Shown here one piece after another: positions 18,114 to 26,995 of a stretch of DNA of 64,000 bases; positions within the stretch are counted from its first letter, which is position 1; each line of letters opens with the position of its first letter. A model generated the notes under the pieces. The model did not search any database, had not been told where the DNA came from, and saw only the letters and a list, made by a program, of their open reading frames with translations. The DNA is taken from NCBI GenBank assembly GCA_021162685.1, contig JAGGYF010000028.1, forward strand, positions 4,699 through 68,698, given 5' to 3'. The stretch comes from Candidatus Iainarchaeum sp. (GTDB lineage Archaea > B1Sed10-29 > WALL01). The position numbers and the translations under genes were made by a program.

Positions 18114-20888
18114 TTGGTGAGAAGAATGAAAAAAGCCTTAGCAATCCTCTTGTTGGTTTGTGCTGCAGCAGCACTTCCAGACCTAGCAATAGAACGTTTT
18201 TCTCATGAGCTAGGTGAAGATTTTACAGTAAGCTTTACTGCTGTAATTACAAACAAAGGGACTAACTCAACAGAATCCTGTATAATGGCTTTTTCCCAGG
18301 ATGAAGAATGGGCAAATAATAAAATAATAACTATTGGCGCTCTTGAACCAGGCCAGTCCCAAAAAATCAACTGGCAATGGGAGTACTATGAGCCAGGTGA
18401 AAAAAAGCCAGGCATTTTTGTTGACGCATTTAATCCTGAATGCCAATGCTATCAAGGACCTGGTCATGCTGGAAGCATTGAAGAAGAAAACGAGGAAAAC
18501 AATGTCGCTTATCTGAGTTTTGAACTTGAAGCAGAGAATAAGCCGCCAGTAGCGATACTTGCTGTTCCAGTAAGTGTTTGCTTAGAAGGAGGAGAATGCA
18601 CTCCTCCTTGCTCAGTTGGCAAGCCATGCAGGTTTGATTGCTCGCAAAGCTACGACCCTGACGGCTTTATTAGCTGTTGGAGCATTGAATTCGGTGATGG
18701 AACAGCCCAAGCGTCAGAATGCGCAGCAGAAAAAGAAAACAAGCCTGGCGTGATCGAGCACAGCTACACTAAACCAGGAATCTACGAAGTCAAACTTACT
18801 GTCACTGATAACAAGGGAGCTAGTGGTTCAGCTACCGCAGGAATACAGGTCGGTGAAGTCACCAACCAGCCACCAGTAGCAAAAATAAGGCAAGTGGGCG
18901 ACTGCTATGCTTCCCAAAACTGTAATTTTGACGGGTCAAACTCTTATGATGCTGATGGGAAAATAGTGAAGTTTACTGTTGACTTTGGTGATGGTGAAAC
19001 CATTTCCTCAGAAGGCAGTCCAGCAGGGTTCGGGCATTCTTATTCAAGGCCCGGCACTTACGGAGTAACCCTCACCGTATTTGATGACAAAGGAGAAAAA
19101 GGATACGATAAAATTCTTGTCGAAGTTGAAGAATCCCCACTAGAAGAAGGCGTAGTGGAACTAGCAAAATGCCTTGGAGAAAAAAGTGTCCTTTACACGA
19201 ATGATGTCTGTCCATACTGCATAAAACAAAAAAGGCTTTTTGGAAACGCTTACCAGTACTTAACTGTCATGGACTGCGGCATTGACCTCTCCTTATGCAA
19301 AGAAGTGAAAGGTGTACCGACTTGGGAGATAAATGGAGTTAAATACACTGGTTACAAGTCCCTTGAAGAATTAAAGCAATTGAGTGGGTGTGGGGTTCCT
19401 GTTGAGGGATTGTATGCAAAAATCGGGGAGGAGTTTACCCTCTCAATAAACCAGCCAGTAAAAATAGTAGACTATATTGACTCCCATGCAAATCCATTGA
19501 AAATCACGCTACTAAGCATCAACCCGATCTGCCACCCTAAAGAACCGTGTCCCACTGTTATTCCTTATGCCCAAGTAAAAGCAGAGTTTAGTGGAGAAAC
19601 CGAAGTGCGAAAGATTACTACTGGAAGTGAAATAAATTTATTTGGGGTTGTATTGCGCACCATTAGCGTTGACAACATAGCACCGGGGTCAGTAACGCTT
19701 GTTGTCAAAAAGCCAGGAGTTATGTACTGCGAGCCAAACGTGGAATACCATTTTACCAACAAGTGCAAGTGTCCAGAAGGAACAAACTTGGTGTGGTTAA
19801 GCCGCTCTGTTTTTGTCTGCAAGAAAGAAGAGATTGTCCATGCGCGGCTGGGTCAAGCCTTTGAACTAAAGCCCAAGCAAATAGCGAAACTAATGGATTA
19901 TAGAGTCTTGACAATGCGTTTGGACAGCATTGTTTCTTCAGAAAACAAGAAAGCGGCTATTATCACTGTATGGCCAACATATGAGAGAGTCACCTTGGTG
20001 AAAGAGGAACCAATAACAGAAAAAGCAACAATGAGGCCTGTGACAGCCACCGCAGGCAAGGTAGTGACAGGTGTAAAAGTAGTACCAAGTATTACCAAGC
20101 CTGTTGAATCCCCACCAATTGTTCCCAGGCAATACCAAGTTTTAGAAGGAGAGTCAGTTAACGTGTTTGGAGTTAGGATGATGGTTAAAGAATTAACTGA
20201 AAGGTCTGCAGTATTTGTGATAACAAAGCAGACACCTTGGACTTCATGCGACCAAGCATGCAAGCAGAAGGGTTATGCAGGAGGACACTGCTCGTCAGCA
20301 TGTACAGGAGTTAGCATCGGAGAGGAGTTCTGTCCACAGCCAGTATTTGAAGCCAAAGAAGAGACACCCCCTCTTCCTCCAGTGCTGAGTTGCTGCTGCC
20401 AGCCAGAAGAAGAAACAATAAAAATTGTTATTCACAAGGGGTGGAACTTGTTCTCGATGCCTGGTGAAATAAGACCTGTATCAGAAAAGTGTGACAGCAG
20501 GAATTGGAGGGTTTTTGAGTATAACAGGGAAACAAGAAAATTTGAGGCAGTCAAATGGCCTGAGATTGGCAAGGCTTATTGGCTTTATGCTGACAAGCCC
20601 TGCACTGCAGAAGTGAGAATATCAAAACCTGTTTTGCTGGAAGAACTTGAGGGTATTTTGCCTGGTTGGAACCTCGTGCCAGTAGTTCCTGATATGATTG
20701 GAAAATCCCTTGAAGAATTAAGTGATTGTACTGGGCTGAAGGTTTACACATACGATACCAGCAGCAGGAAGTGGATAAAAGTGGATAAAATAACAGAAGA
20801 ATTCTATGGAAGGGGTCTGGCAGTAAAATCAGAGCTCAAATGCTCTTTTAACACACTGCCTTCCATTCCCCCTTTCCCAGAGGAGTGA
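18114..20888 (+). CDS. giant secreted Cys-rich surface protein: signal peptide, CARDB-like domain, two PKD domains, thioredoxin-fold domain with CPYC motif, and a Cys-rich C-terminal region
   Basis: N-terminal signal peptide MKKALAILLLVCAAAALP; PKD signatures CRFDCSQSYDPDG...FGDGT...YTKPGIYEVKLTVTDNKG and NFDGSNSYDADG...FGDGE...YSRPGTYGVTLTVFDDKG; CPYC at nt 19208-19219; many Cys throughout. Confidence 0.8.
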   Translation: MVRRMKKALAILLLVCAAAALPDLAIERFSHELGEDFTVSFTAVITNKGTNSTESCIMAFSQDEEWANNKIITIGALEPGQSQKINWQWEYYEPGEKKPGIFVDAFNPECQCYQGPGHAGSIEEENEENNVAYLSFELEAENKPPVAILAVPVSVCLEGGECTPPCSVGKPCRFDCSQSYDPDGFISCWSIEFGDGTAQASECAAEKENKPGVIEHSYTKPGIYEVKLTVTDNKGASGSATAGIQVGEVTNQPPVAKIRQVGDCYASQNCNFDGSNSYDADGKIVKFTVDFGDGETISSEGSPAGFGHSYSRPGTYGVTLTVFDDKGEKGYDKILVEVEESPLEEGVVELAKCLGEKSVLYTNDVCPYCIKQKRLFGNAYQYLTVMDCGIDLSLCKEVKGVPTWEINGVKYTGYKSLEELKQLSGCGVPVEGLYAKIGEEFTLSINQPVKIVDYIDSHANPLKITLLSINPICHPKEPCPTVIPYAQVKAEFSGETEVRKITTGSEINLFGVVLRTISVDNIAPGSVTLVVKKPGVMYCEPNVEYHFTNKCKCPEGTNLVWLSRSVFVCKKEEIVHARLGQAFELKPKQIAKLMDYRVLTMRLDSIVSSENKKAAIITVWPTYERVTLVKEEPITEKATMRPVTATAGKVVTGVKVVPSITKPVESPPIVPRQYQVLEGESVNVFGVRMMVKELTERSAVFVITKQTPWTSCDQACKQKGYAGGHCSSACTGVSIGEEFCPQPVFEAKEETPPLPPVLSCCCQPEEETIKIVIHKGWNLFSMPGEIRPVSEKCDSRNWRVFEYNRETRKFEAVKWPEIGKAYWLYADKPCTAEVRISKPVLLEELEGILPGWNLVPVVPDMIGKSLEELSDCTGLKVYTYDTSSRKWIKVDKITEEFYGRGLAVKSELKCSFNTLPSIPPFPEE

Positions 20889-21074
20889 TTGAAAATGAAG
20901 TTAATTGTCTTGCTTTTGGTTTGCGCACTTTTGCTTACACTAGGGTGCGTGGAAGTGACAGAAGAAACACCATTAAATGAAACCAATGTAAGTGTTGAGG
21001 AAACAACTGGAATCCCTACGCCAACTCCAGAAATGTGGAATGAGACAGCAGAGCCACCAGAGTTGCCGTTTTAG
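20889..21074 (+). CDS. small secreted Thr/Glu-rich peptide with N-glycosylation sequons
   Basis: Signal peptide MKLIVLLLVCALLLTLGC, then NET, NVS, NET sequons; TTG/ATG start immediately after the stop of the giant protein. Confidence 0.4.
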   Translation: MKMKLIVLLLVCALLLTLGCVEVTEETPLNETNVSVEETTGIPTPTPEMWNETAEPPELPF

Positions 21075-21121
21075 AGATTTCTTGACCCCACTTGCGGTGT
21101 TTCTTCAACTCATAGTCAGGC

Positions 21122-21550
21122 TCATAAAACAAGCAAAATCAGACTTATTGCCCCTAGTATTACTGCAAACAACTTTGTCGTAGTCAAACTCTCGTGAAAG
21201 AACAATATACCTCCCACAACAGCAATGATAAACGAGAGGCTTCTTATTGTGGAGACAAGTGATACTGGCCCGATATGTATCCCATATAGAAATGAAAAAT
21301 ATGCTATCCCCGCAACAACTCCTATCAGTATTATGAGAGGCAGTTCGTTTTTTACACCCATAATATCTGTCTTTCCGAGTATGAGTGAAAGAGCAAGAAC
21401 TGTTAGAAACATAAATAATGTTATCCACGTTACGACGATGAATCTATCCCCTTTGGCAACTTGTATAATAATGTTAGGATACCATAGAGAATCATAGCAG
21501 AAACTGCGGGGATTAACCAGTTCATCACAACACCCCCATAAGCAATGCAA
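21122..21550 (-). CDS. EamA/DMT-superfamily small membrane protein (4 TM)
   Basis: Four hydrophobic helices with an EamA-like pattern; the true start is likely internal, since the annotated N-terminal 45 aa are not hydrophobic. Confidence 0.45.
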   Translation of the reverse strand: MHCLWGCCDELVNPRSFCYDSLWYPNIIIQVAKGDRFIVVTWITLFMFLTVLALSLILGKTDIMGVKNELPLIILIGVVAGIAYFSFLYGIHIGPVSLVSTIRSLSFIIAVVGGILFFHESLTTTKLFAVILGAISLILLVL

Positions 21551-22634
21551 TTCCTAAACCAAGTATAATTATCCCTGCTACAAGGTGCAAGTGCCTAAGC
21601 TTTCCTTTCCTCCACTTCTCAACACGCTCTGGTGACAATCCTTTGTAAACCATAAATGTTATGAAAAGCATTGGGAGAATGAATATGGCATTATACAAAA
21701 GAAGCAACATAATTGCCAATGCCTGTGTTGCTCTTCTCGCTAATAATCCCAAAACAACAATATATGGACCACTTGTACAAGGCAACAAAAACAAACTGAC
21801 AATGAACCCAATAAAGAATGCACCTGGAGCACTTGTAACTGATTTTATTATGCGTTTTAGTGTTGGCCTCCATGACTGTGGGACTTCCATAACAAAGCCG
21901 CCACCACCATATCTCAGATAATCTTTAATGTTTAGTAAACCAACAACAACTGCAAGTGCACCTACTATATAGTAAATGGTTCGCGTTGCACCTGCCCATT
22001 GTATTGCAGAAAATAATCCTAAACCCATCAGAAAGTAAGAGATAAATATTGCTAATGAAAAAGCAATTCCTGCTTTTAACACCCTGAACCTATCACCAGC
22101 CACAAGGATTGTTGTAAGTAGGATAATAAGGACTGCAAATGCACACGGATTTATGGCATCAACAGCAGAACCAGCAATAACTGCTGAAACCAGTGAAAGA
22201 AGATTAACGCCCTCAACAGGCGATACCTCTTTTGTTGTAACGAATGTTGCATTTTCTATCTTTTCTCCAGGAGATGGACAGCCATATGTGATACACTCTT
22301 TAATTGTATTTTCTATGGCTTTTGGTGTTGGTTCACCAAAGATACCACGTGGATCCCATCCAACAATGACTTTGTTACCTATAAATAACGTAGGCACTCC
22401 TTGTATTGTTGTGTTGTATGCTTCTGCAGTCCTTTTAAACAATGCCCGGTTTGTTGTGTTTCTGTATATCTCAAATCGCTCAGCATGGAACTCGGGGTAT
22501 TTTGCCTCCATCTGCTCCAAAAAGGGCTCTTCTTTTGCACAATGCGGGCATCCTTGGCCCCAGAAGAAATATGCTGTTACATTATATGCAAAAACAGACG
22601 AAATGAGCAATAAAAGGAGGAATTTTCCCTTCAT
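21525..22634 (-). CDS. thiol:disulfide oxidoreductase: signal peptide + thioredoxin-fold (CPHC) domain fused to a CcdA/DsbD-like transmembrane domain
   Basis: WGQGCPHCAKEEPFL Trx motif; CcdA-type conserved Cys in TM helices (INPCAFAVL, LPCTSGPY); start moved to MKGKF (ATG at 22634 on the minus strand) with SD AAGGAGTGA. Confidence 0.75.
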   Translation of the reverse strand: MKGKFLLLLLISSVFAYNVTAYFFWGQGCPHCAKEEPFLEQMEAKYPEFHAERFEIYRNTTNRALFKRTAEAYNTTIQGVPTLFIGNKVIVGWDPRGIFGEPTPKAIENTIKECITYGCPSPGEKIENATFVTTKEVSPVEGVNLLSLVSAVIAGSAVDAINPCAFAVLIILLTTILVAGDRFRVLKAGIAFSLAIFISYFLMGLGLFSAIQWAGATRTIYYIVGALAVVVGLLNIKDYLRYGGGGFVMEVPQSWRPTLKRIIKSVTSAPGAFFIGFIVSLFLLPCTSGPYIVVLGLLARRATQALAIMLLLLYNAIFILPMLFITFMVYKGLSPERVEKWRKGKLRHLHLVAGIIILGLGIALLMGVL

Positions 22635-22732
22635 AGTATCACTCCTTTTATTAATCAACCGAAATATTTATATATAATTTTGAATATAAATTCATTACTG
22701 TATTGAATATATATTCAAAAGGAGGTGAATAT

Positions 22733-23065
22733 ATGCCATATGGAGATGGAACAGGACCTTTAGGATTAGGACCAATGACTGGAAGAGGTCTTGGATACTG
22801 CGCTGGATATAATGCTCCAGGTTTTGTTTTTGGCCCAGGTTGGGGCAGAGGAAGAGGCTGGCGCAGAGGATGGGGCAGAGGATTTGGATGGAGGTTTTGG
22901 GGTGCACCATATTGGAGAGCACCATATCCACAACAATACTGGAAACCAACAAAGGAGGAAGAAAAGACCATATTACAAGAAGAACTAAAAGCTTTAGAAG
23001 AAGAAATGAAGGCAATTGAAGAGGAAAGAAAAGCCATCCAGAAAAAACTTGCAGAGCTGAAGTAG
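22733..23065 (+). CDS. DUF5320 family protein (Gly/Arg/Trp-rich N-terminus, C-terminal coiled coil)
   Basis: GPLGLGPMTGRGLGYCAGYNAPGF...GWGRGRGWRRGWGRGFGW, then a coiled coil EEEKTILQEELKALEEEMKAIEEERKAIQKKLAELK; strong SD AAAGGAGGTGA. Confidence 0.6.
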   Translation: MPYGDGTGPLGLGPMTGRGLGYCAGYNAPGFVFGPGWGRGRGWRRGWGRGFGWRFWGAPYWRAPYPQQYWKPTKEEEKTILQEELKALEEEMKAIEEERKAIQKKLAELK

Positions 23066-23497
23066 ATGCCAAGACCAAGAAAACCCAGGTTGGTTGCAGG
23101 CGTCCCATCTATAACATATTTCAAACCTGCTGGCGTGCCTTTGCGTGGGGTTGATGAGGTAGTGTTAACAGTTGAGGAATATGAGGCTATAAAACTAAAA
23201 GACCTCGAAGGAAAGACACAGGAAGAAGCAGCAAAAGAGATGGATGTATCGCAACCAACATTCTTTAGAATATTAGAAAGCGCAAGGAAAAAGATTAGCG
23301 ATGCAATTGTTAATGGAAAGGTAATACGTATAGAAGGAGGTAGTTATATGGTAGGAAGAGGAAGAATGGGAGGGAGCGCACTTGGACCAGGAGGTTACTG
23401 TGTATGCCCAAAGTGTGGATATAAGGTTCCACATCAGAGGGGTGTTCCGTGCTATAGTATGACATGTCCAAAGTGTGGAACACAGATGACAAGGTGA
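23066..23497 (+). CDS. DUF134 (UPF0251) HTH DNA-binding protein with C-terminal Cys4 zinc ribbon
   Basis: MPRPRKPR...F.P.G.P...[39 protein letters not shown] is the DUF134 signature; C-terminus CVCPKCG...CPKCG. Confidence 0.75.
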   Translation: MPRPRKPRLVAGVPSITYFKPAGVPLRGVDEVVLTVEEYEAIKLKDLEGKTQEEAAKEMDVSQPTFFRILESARKKISDAIVNGKVIRIEGGSYMVGRGRMGGSALGPGGYCVCPKCGYKVPHQRGVPCYSMTCPKCGTQMTR

Positions 23498-23501
23498 AAA
23501 G

Positions 23502-23864
23502 ATGAAAGTCATCAGGAACCCGAATTGGATAGAAGGAAAGGGCGAGATGAAATACAAGAAGAGGATTTTGATGGAGAATGTCCCACCTTCAGTTAATTTA
23601 ATAGAGGATGTTGTGATACCACCAGGTGGGAAGATCCCCTCACATGCACACAAGGCAACAACCGAGTTGTTTTATATAACAAGTGGGAAGGCAAGGATGA
23701 AAGTCCAGAATAAAGAGTTTGAGGTTAACCCAAAAGATATGGTTTTAGTTGAGGTTGGGGAGAGTCATAGCTTTATCAATAATTCAGATGAAGATTTTGA
23801 AATGATAGTGCTTAAAATAAATTTCAGAAAAGATGACGCAATTTTATATGAGGTGAAAAAATGA
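23502..23864 (+). CDS. cupin domain protein
   Basis: Cupin beta-barrel motifs with conserved His (PPGGKIPSHAHKATTELFYITSGKARM...GESHSF). Confidence 0.6.
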   Translation: MKVIRNPNWIEGKGEMKYKKRILMENVPPSVNLIEDVVIPPGGKIPSHAHKATTELFYITSGKARMKVQNKEFEVNPKDMVLVEVGESHSFINNSDEDFEMIVLKINFRKDDAILYEVKK

Positions 23865-24259
23865 GAATAGCAGTAGCTTCGTCAGGACCAGGGCTTAATG
23901 CAGAAGCAAGCCCAATGTTTGGGAGATGTCCCTTTTTTGTAATTGTCAACATTGAGGAAAACAATATAAAGGAAGTTAAAAGCATTCCAAATACTGCAAC
24001 AGCATATCGTGGCGGAGCAGGTATATCGGCAGCAGAACTTGTGGGCAATGAGAACGTTGATGCAGTAATAGCTGGTGCAATAGGACCAAGGGCGTTTGAT
24101 GTGCTTAAACAGCTTGGGATAAAGCAATACATTGGCGTGCCAGGAACCGTAGAAAAAAACATTGACCTACTACTTAAAGGAGAGCTTAAAATGGTCGGCA
24201 GTCCAACAGGACCAATGAGGATGCCTCCTGGAAGAAGGGGCAGGAGAGGAGGTCAATAA
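23861..24259 (+). CDS. NifX/NafY/NifB-C-terminal-like dinitrogenase FeMo-cofactor-binding family protein
   Basis: MRIAVASSGPGL...FGRCPFFVIVNIEEN...GAG...AELV...VDAVIAGAIGPRAFDVL..LGIK matches the Nitro_FeMo-Co fold family. Confidence 0.75.
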   Translation: MRIAVASSGPGLNAEASPMFGRCPFFVIVNIEENNIKEVKSIPNTATAYRGGAGISAAELVGNENVDAVIAGAIGPRAFDVLKQLGIKQYIGVPGTVEKNIDLLLKGELKMVGSPTGPMRMPPGRRGRRGGQ

Positions 24260-24260
24260 A

Positions 24261-24470
24261 ATGCCAGAAGGAGTACCACGAACTGATGAAGAAAGAAGGG
24301 AAAGGCACAAGGAGAAATATGGAACAGAGGAAATCCCAGAAGAACGAAAAGGAAAGGCATCAAAAGCACTTGAGCAGAAGAAGAATCTGATTTTGGCTAT
24401 AAAGGTAGTGCTGGTGCTTGCAATTCTTTACTTTCTCTGGATAATTGTCAAGAGGGGTTGGGTTACTTGA
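24261..24470 (+). CDS. small membrane protein (single C-terminal TM)
   Basis: 69 aa with a charged N-terminus and one TM helix; sits inside the translationally coupled operon. Confidence 0.35.
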   Translation: MPEGVPRTDEERRERHKEKYGTEEIPEERKGKASKALEQKKNLILAIKVVLVLAILYFLWIIVKRGWVT

Positions 24471-25711
24471 ACAAGCTGAAACAAGGAGAGAGGGCAGCAG
24501 CAAAAGTGAGTGTGGGAACCCTAATCTTATCGCTAACAAAGGGAATTGTTGGATACATCACAGGAAGCACTGCTCTGGTAACAGATGCATTTCATTCCTT
24601 AGCAGACCTTATTGCTGCTGCGTCCTCCTGGTTTGGCCTAAAGATCTCACAGAGAAAACCAGATGAAATATTCCCTTACGGATATTACAAAGCAGAAAAT
24701 CTCGCTGGTCTGGTAGTTGCGTTGGTGATACTATACGCTGCTGCAACCCTACTTTTTGAAGGATTTTCCCGTATTGGTAAACCTGCAACAATACATGAAC
24801 CAATGCTCGCAATTGCAACGTCTATTGTATCCATTGGAATCGCATTTCTTTTCTATAAATATCTTAAGGCAGTAGGAGAGAAGATCAATTCGCCATCGTT
24901 AAAAGCAAATGCTAATGATAAACTTGTAGATATGGCATCTTCTTCGTTGGTGTTTATTGCCCTTGTGGCATCTTACCTAAACATACCTTACATTGAAGGA
25001 ATCGTGACAGTATTGATCTCGTTTTTAGTGATGAAAATTGGCCTAGAAACCGCAAAAGATTCTGTTCTGGCACTTATGGATGTCAGTCCGAGCAAGGATA
25101 TTGAAAAAAGGCTGGAATCTGTTTTATTATCTGTAAAAGGTGTAAGAAAAATAAAAAATCTCAAGCTTAGGAAAGCTGGGCCATTTGTATTTGGTGATGT
25201 TGAAATAGAAGTAAAAGGAAGTATTGATGTAAAAAGGGCACACAGTATAACAGAGGAGATACAAAAGAGTGTGAAGAGGAACATAAAAGAGATAGAGTTC
25301 ATTACAGTACATGTTGAGCCACATAAACCAAGAAGGCAAAAGGTTGTTGTTCCTGTGGAGAATGCAGATGGTATGCGTTCAAAAATAGTGAAGCATTTCG
25401 GGAGAGCCAGATACTTTGTTCTTGTTGAGCTGGATAATAACAAGGTAAAGAAACACAAGGTAGTAAAAAATCCATTTATTGGTGAAAAGATAAGGGCGGG
25501 TCTAAAAACTGCTGGATTTCTTGCTGAAAAAGGGATTGATGCTGTGATAACAAAATCAATAGGTGAGATCTCATTCCATACGCTAAGAGACCACTTTGTG
25601 GAAATCTACCACGCAAAAGGTGAGAATGTTGATGATACTATAAAGCTTTTTATTAGAGGGAAACTTAGACTACTTCGCAGACCGACAAAAGAAGCTGGCG
25701 GAATTGCATGA
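24458..25711 (+). CDS. cation diffusion facilitator (CDF) metal transporter fused to a C-terminal NifX-like cofactor-binding domain
   Basis: N-terminal 6-TM CDF with HSLADL motif and cytoplasmic CTD; the C-terminal 110 aa (VVVPVENADGMRSKIVKHFGRARYFVLV...GIDAVITKSIGEISFHTLRDHFVEIY) resemble the NifX-like protein at 23861; TTG start. Confidence 0.75.
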   Translation: MGYLNKLKQGERAAAKVSVGTLILSLTKGIVGYITGSTALVTDAFHSLADLIAAASSWFGLKISQRKPDEIFPYGYYKAENLAGLVVALVILYAAATLLFEGFSRIGKPATIHEPMLAIATSIVSIGIAFLFYKYLKAVGEKINSPSLKANANDKLVDMASSSLVFIALVASYLNIPYIEGIVTVLISFLVMKIGLETAKDSVLALMDVSPSKDIEKRLESVLLSVKGVRKIKNLKLRKAGPFVFGDVEIEVKGSIDVKRAHSITEEIQKSVKRNIKEIEFITVHVEPHKPRRQKVVVPVENADGMRSKIVKHFGRARYFVLVELDNNKVKKHKVVKNPFIGEKIRAGLKTAGFLAEKGIDAVITKSIGEISFHTLRDHFVEIYHAKGENVDDTIKLFIRGKLRLLRRPTKEAGGIA

Positions 25712-26544
25712 GGATATGTATAACAGGAGGAAAAGGTGGGACAGGTAAGTCATTGATAGCAACATCGCTCGCCTATCATCTTGGAAAAAATCACAAGGTG
25801 CTTCTTGTTGACCTAGATGTTGATTGCCCAAATGACCATCTTATACTGTCAACAAAAAGGGAGGTGTTAAAGGAGGTAAAACAGACCATTCCTGTGCTTA
25901 ACGAAAACAGATGTAAAAAATGTGGGATATGCAGTAATATATGCAGGGAGAATGCCATAGTATTCATAAGAAAACGATTTCCTATCTTCCTTCTTGACCA
26001 GTGTAATGGATGTAAAGCATGTATGGTTGCATGCCCTGCAAATGCAATAGAGGAAGGAGAGCGCGCATATGGTGTAATCTATAAGGGAAAAAATGAACGG
26101 ATTGACATGCTAGTAGCAGAACTCGTGCCAGGACAAAAAGAGGGCTCTCCTTTGGTACATGAAGCAATAAAACTTGTGGGTGAGAACAAAAAATACGATT
26201 TTGTTATTATGGATACTGCAGCAGGAATGCATTGTACTGTCATATCTGCACTTAGAGAATGCGACTATATACTCGCTGTAACCGAACCCACACCATTGGG
26301 CGCACATGATCTCAACCTAATCCTTGATTTAATTGATGAATTAAACATTCCTTCTGGTGTTATATTAAACAAGAGGGGCATTGGAAACGAGAAAGAGGTA
26401 AGAGAAATCACAAAAAGGCATGGAAAGAAGATTGTTGCAGATGTCCCATACAGTAAAGAGGTCATGGAAGCGTATTCCAAAGGCATCCCAGTACCGATTC
26501 GGTTTGTTGAGAAGTTGGTCTCATTTGTGGAGGAGATGAAATGA
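25708..26544 (+). CDS. MinD/Mrp-family P-loop ATPase with inserted double 4Fe-4S ferredoxin domain (COG1149-like, CooC-related)
   Basis: Deviant Walker [10 protein letters not shown]; two Cys clusters [11 protein letters not shown] and [12 protein letters not shown]. Confidence 0.8.
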   Translation: MRICITGGKGGTGKSLIATSLAYHLGKNHKVLLVDLDVDCPNDHLILSTKREVLKEVKQTIPVLNENRCKKCGICSNICRENAIVFIRKRFPIFLLDQCNGCKACMVACPANAIEEGERAYGVIYKGKNERIDMLVAELVPGQKEGSPLVHEAIKLVGENKKYDFVIMDTAAGMHCTVISALRECDYILAVTEPTPLGAHDLNLILDLIDELNIPSGVILNKRGIGNEKEVREITKRHGKKIVADVPYSKEVMEAYSKGIPVPIRFVEKLVSFVEEMK

Positions 26545-26927
26545 AGGGTATATATGTACTCATTATAGATATTTCAAAGGATGTAACAATCAGAGTTGGC
26601 TCGCTTGGTAATATGCTTTTCAAAAAAGGTACGTATGCATATGTTGGATCTGCCCAAAACAATGTTGAAAAGAGGATTAGAAGGCACATGAATAAGAAGA
26701 AGAAATTATTCTGGCACATTGATTATCTTCTGAAAGAACCAGGGATTAGAATAAGAAGGGTGTTATACAAAAAAGCACCAAAAACAGAGGAATGCAGAAC
26801 AGCATCTGTTATCAGCAAAAGAGGGGAGGCAATTCCACAATTCGGATGCTCTGATTGTAAATGCAATAGCCATCTTTTTAAGATCACAGAGATGCCACTA
26901 AGAGGGTTTAGAGAGGTGATTACCTGA
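26541..26927 (+). CDS. DUF123 family GIY-YIG-like domain protein
   Basis: KGIYVLII...[20 protein letters not shown] matches the archaeal DUF123 / GIY-YIG clan signature; C-terminal Cys pairs (CSDCKC). Confidence 0.6.
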   Translation: MKGIYVLIIDISKDVTIRVGSLGNMLFKKGTYAYVGSAQNNVEKRIRRHMNKKKKLFWHIDYLLKEPGIRIRRVLYKKAPKTEECRTASVISKRGEAIPQFGCSDCKCNSHLFKITEMPLRGFREVIT

Positions 26928-26995
26928 ATCCTATTTACGGTCCTGTACCCTCATGGAGACTTGGAGTTTCACTTGGAGTAGACCCTGTATGCAAA

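Noticed and set aside
22153-22677. Plus-strand 174-aa ORF at 22153..22677
   Set aside because: Antisense to the well-supported Trx-CcdA/DsbD gene; no features of its own.
24445-24666. ORF 24445..24666 (73 aa, Cys-rich)
   Set aside because: Out-of-frame overlap with the N-terminus of the CDF transporter gene, whose frame carries the conserved transporter motifs.
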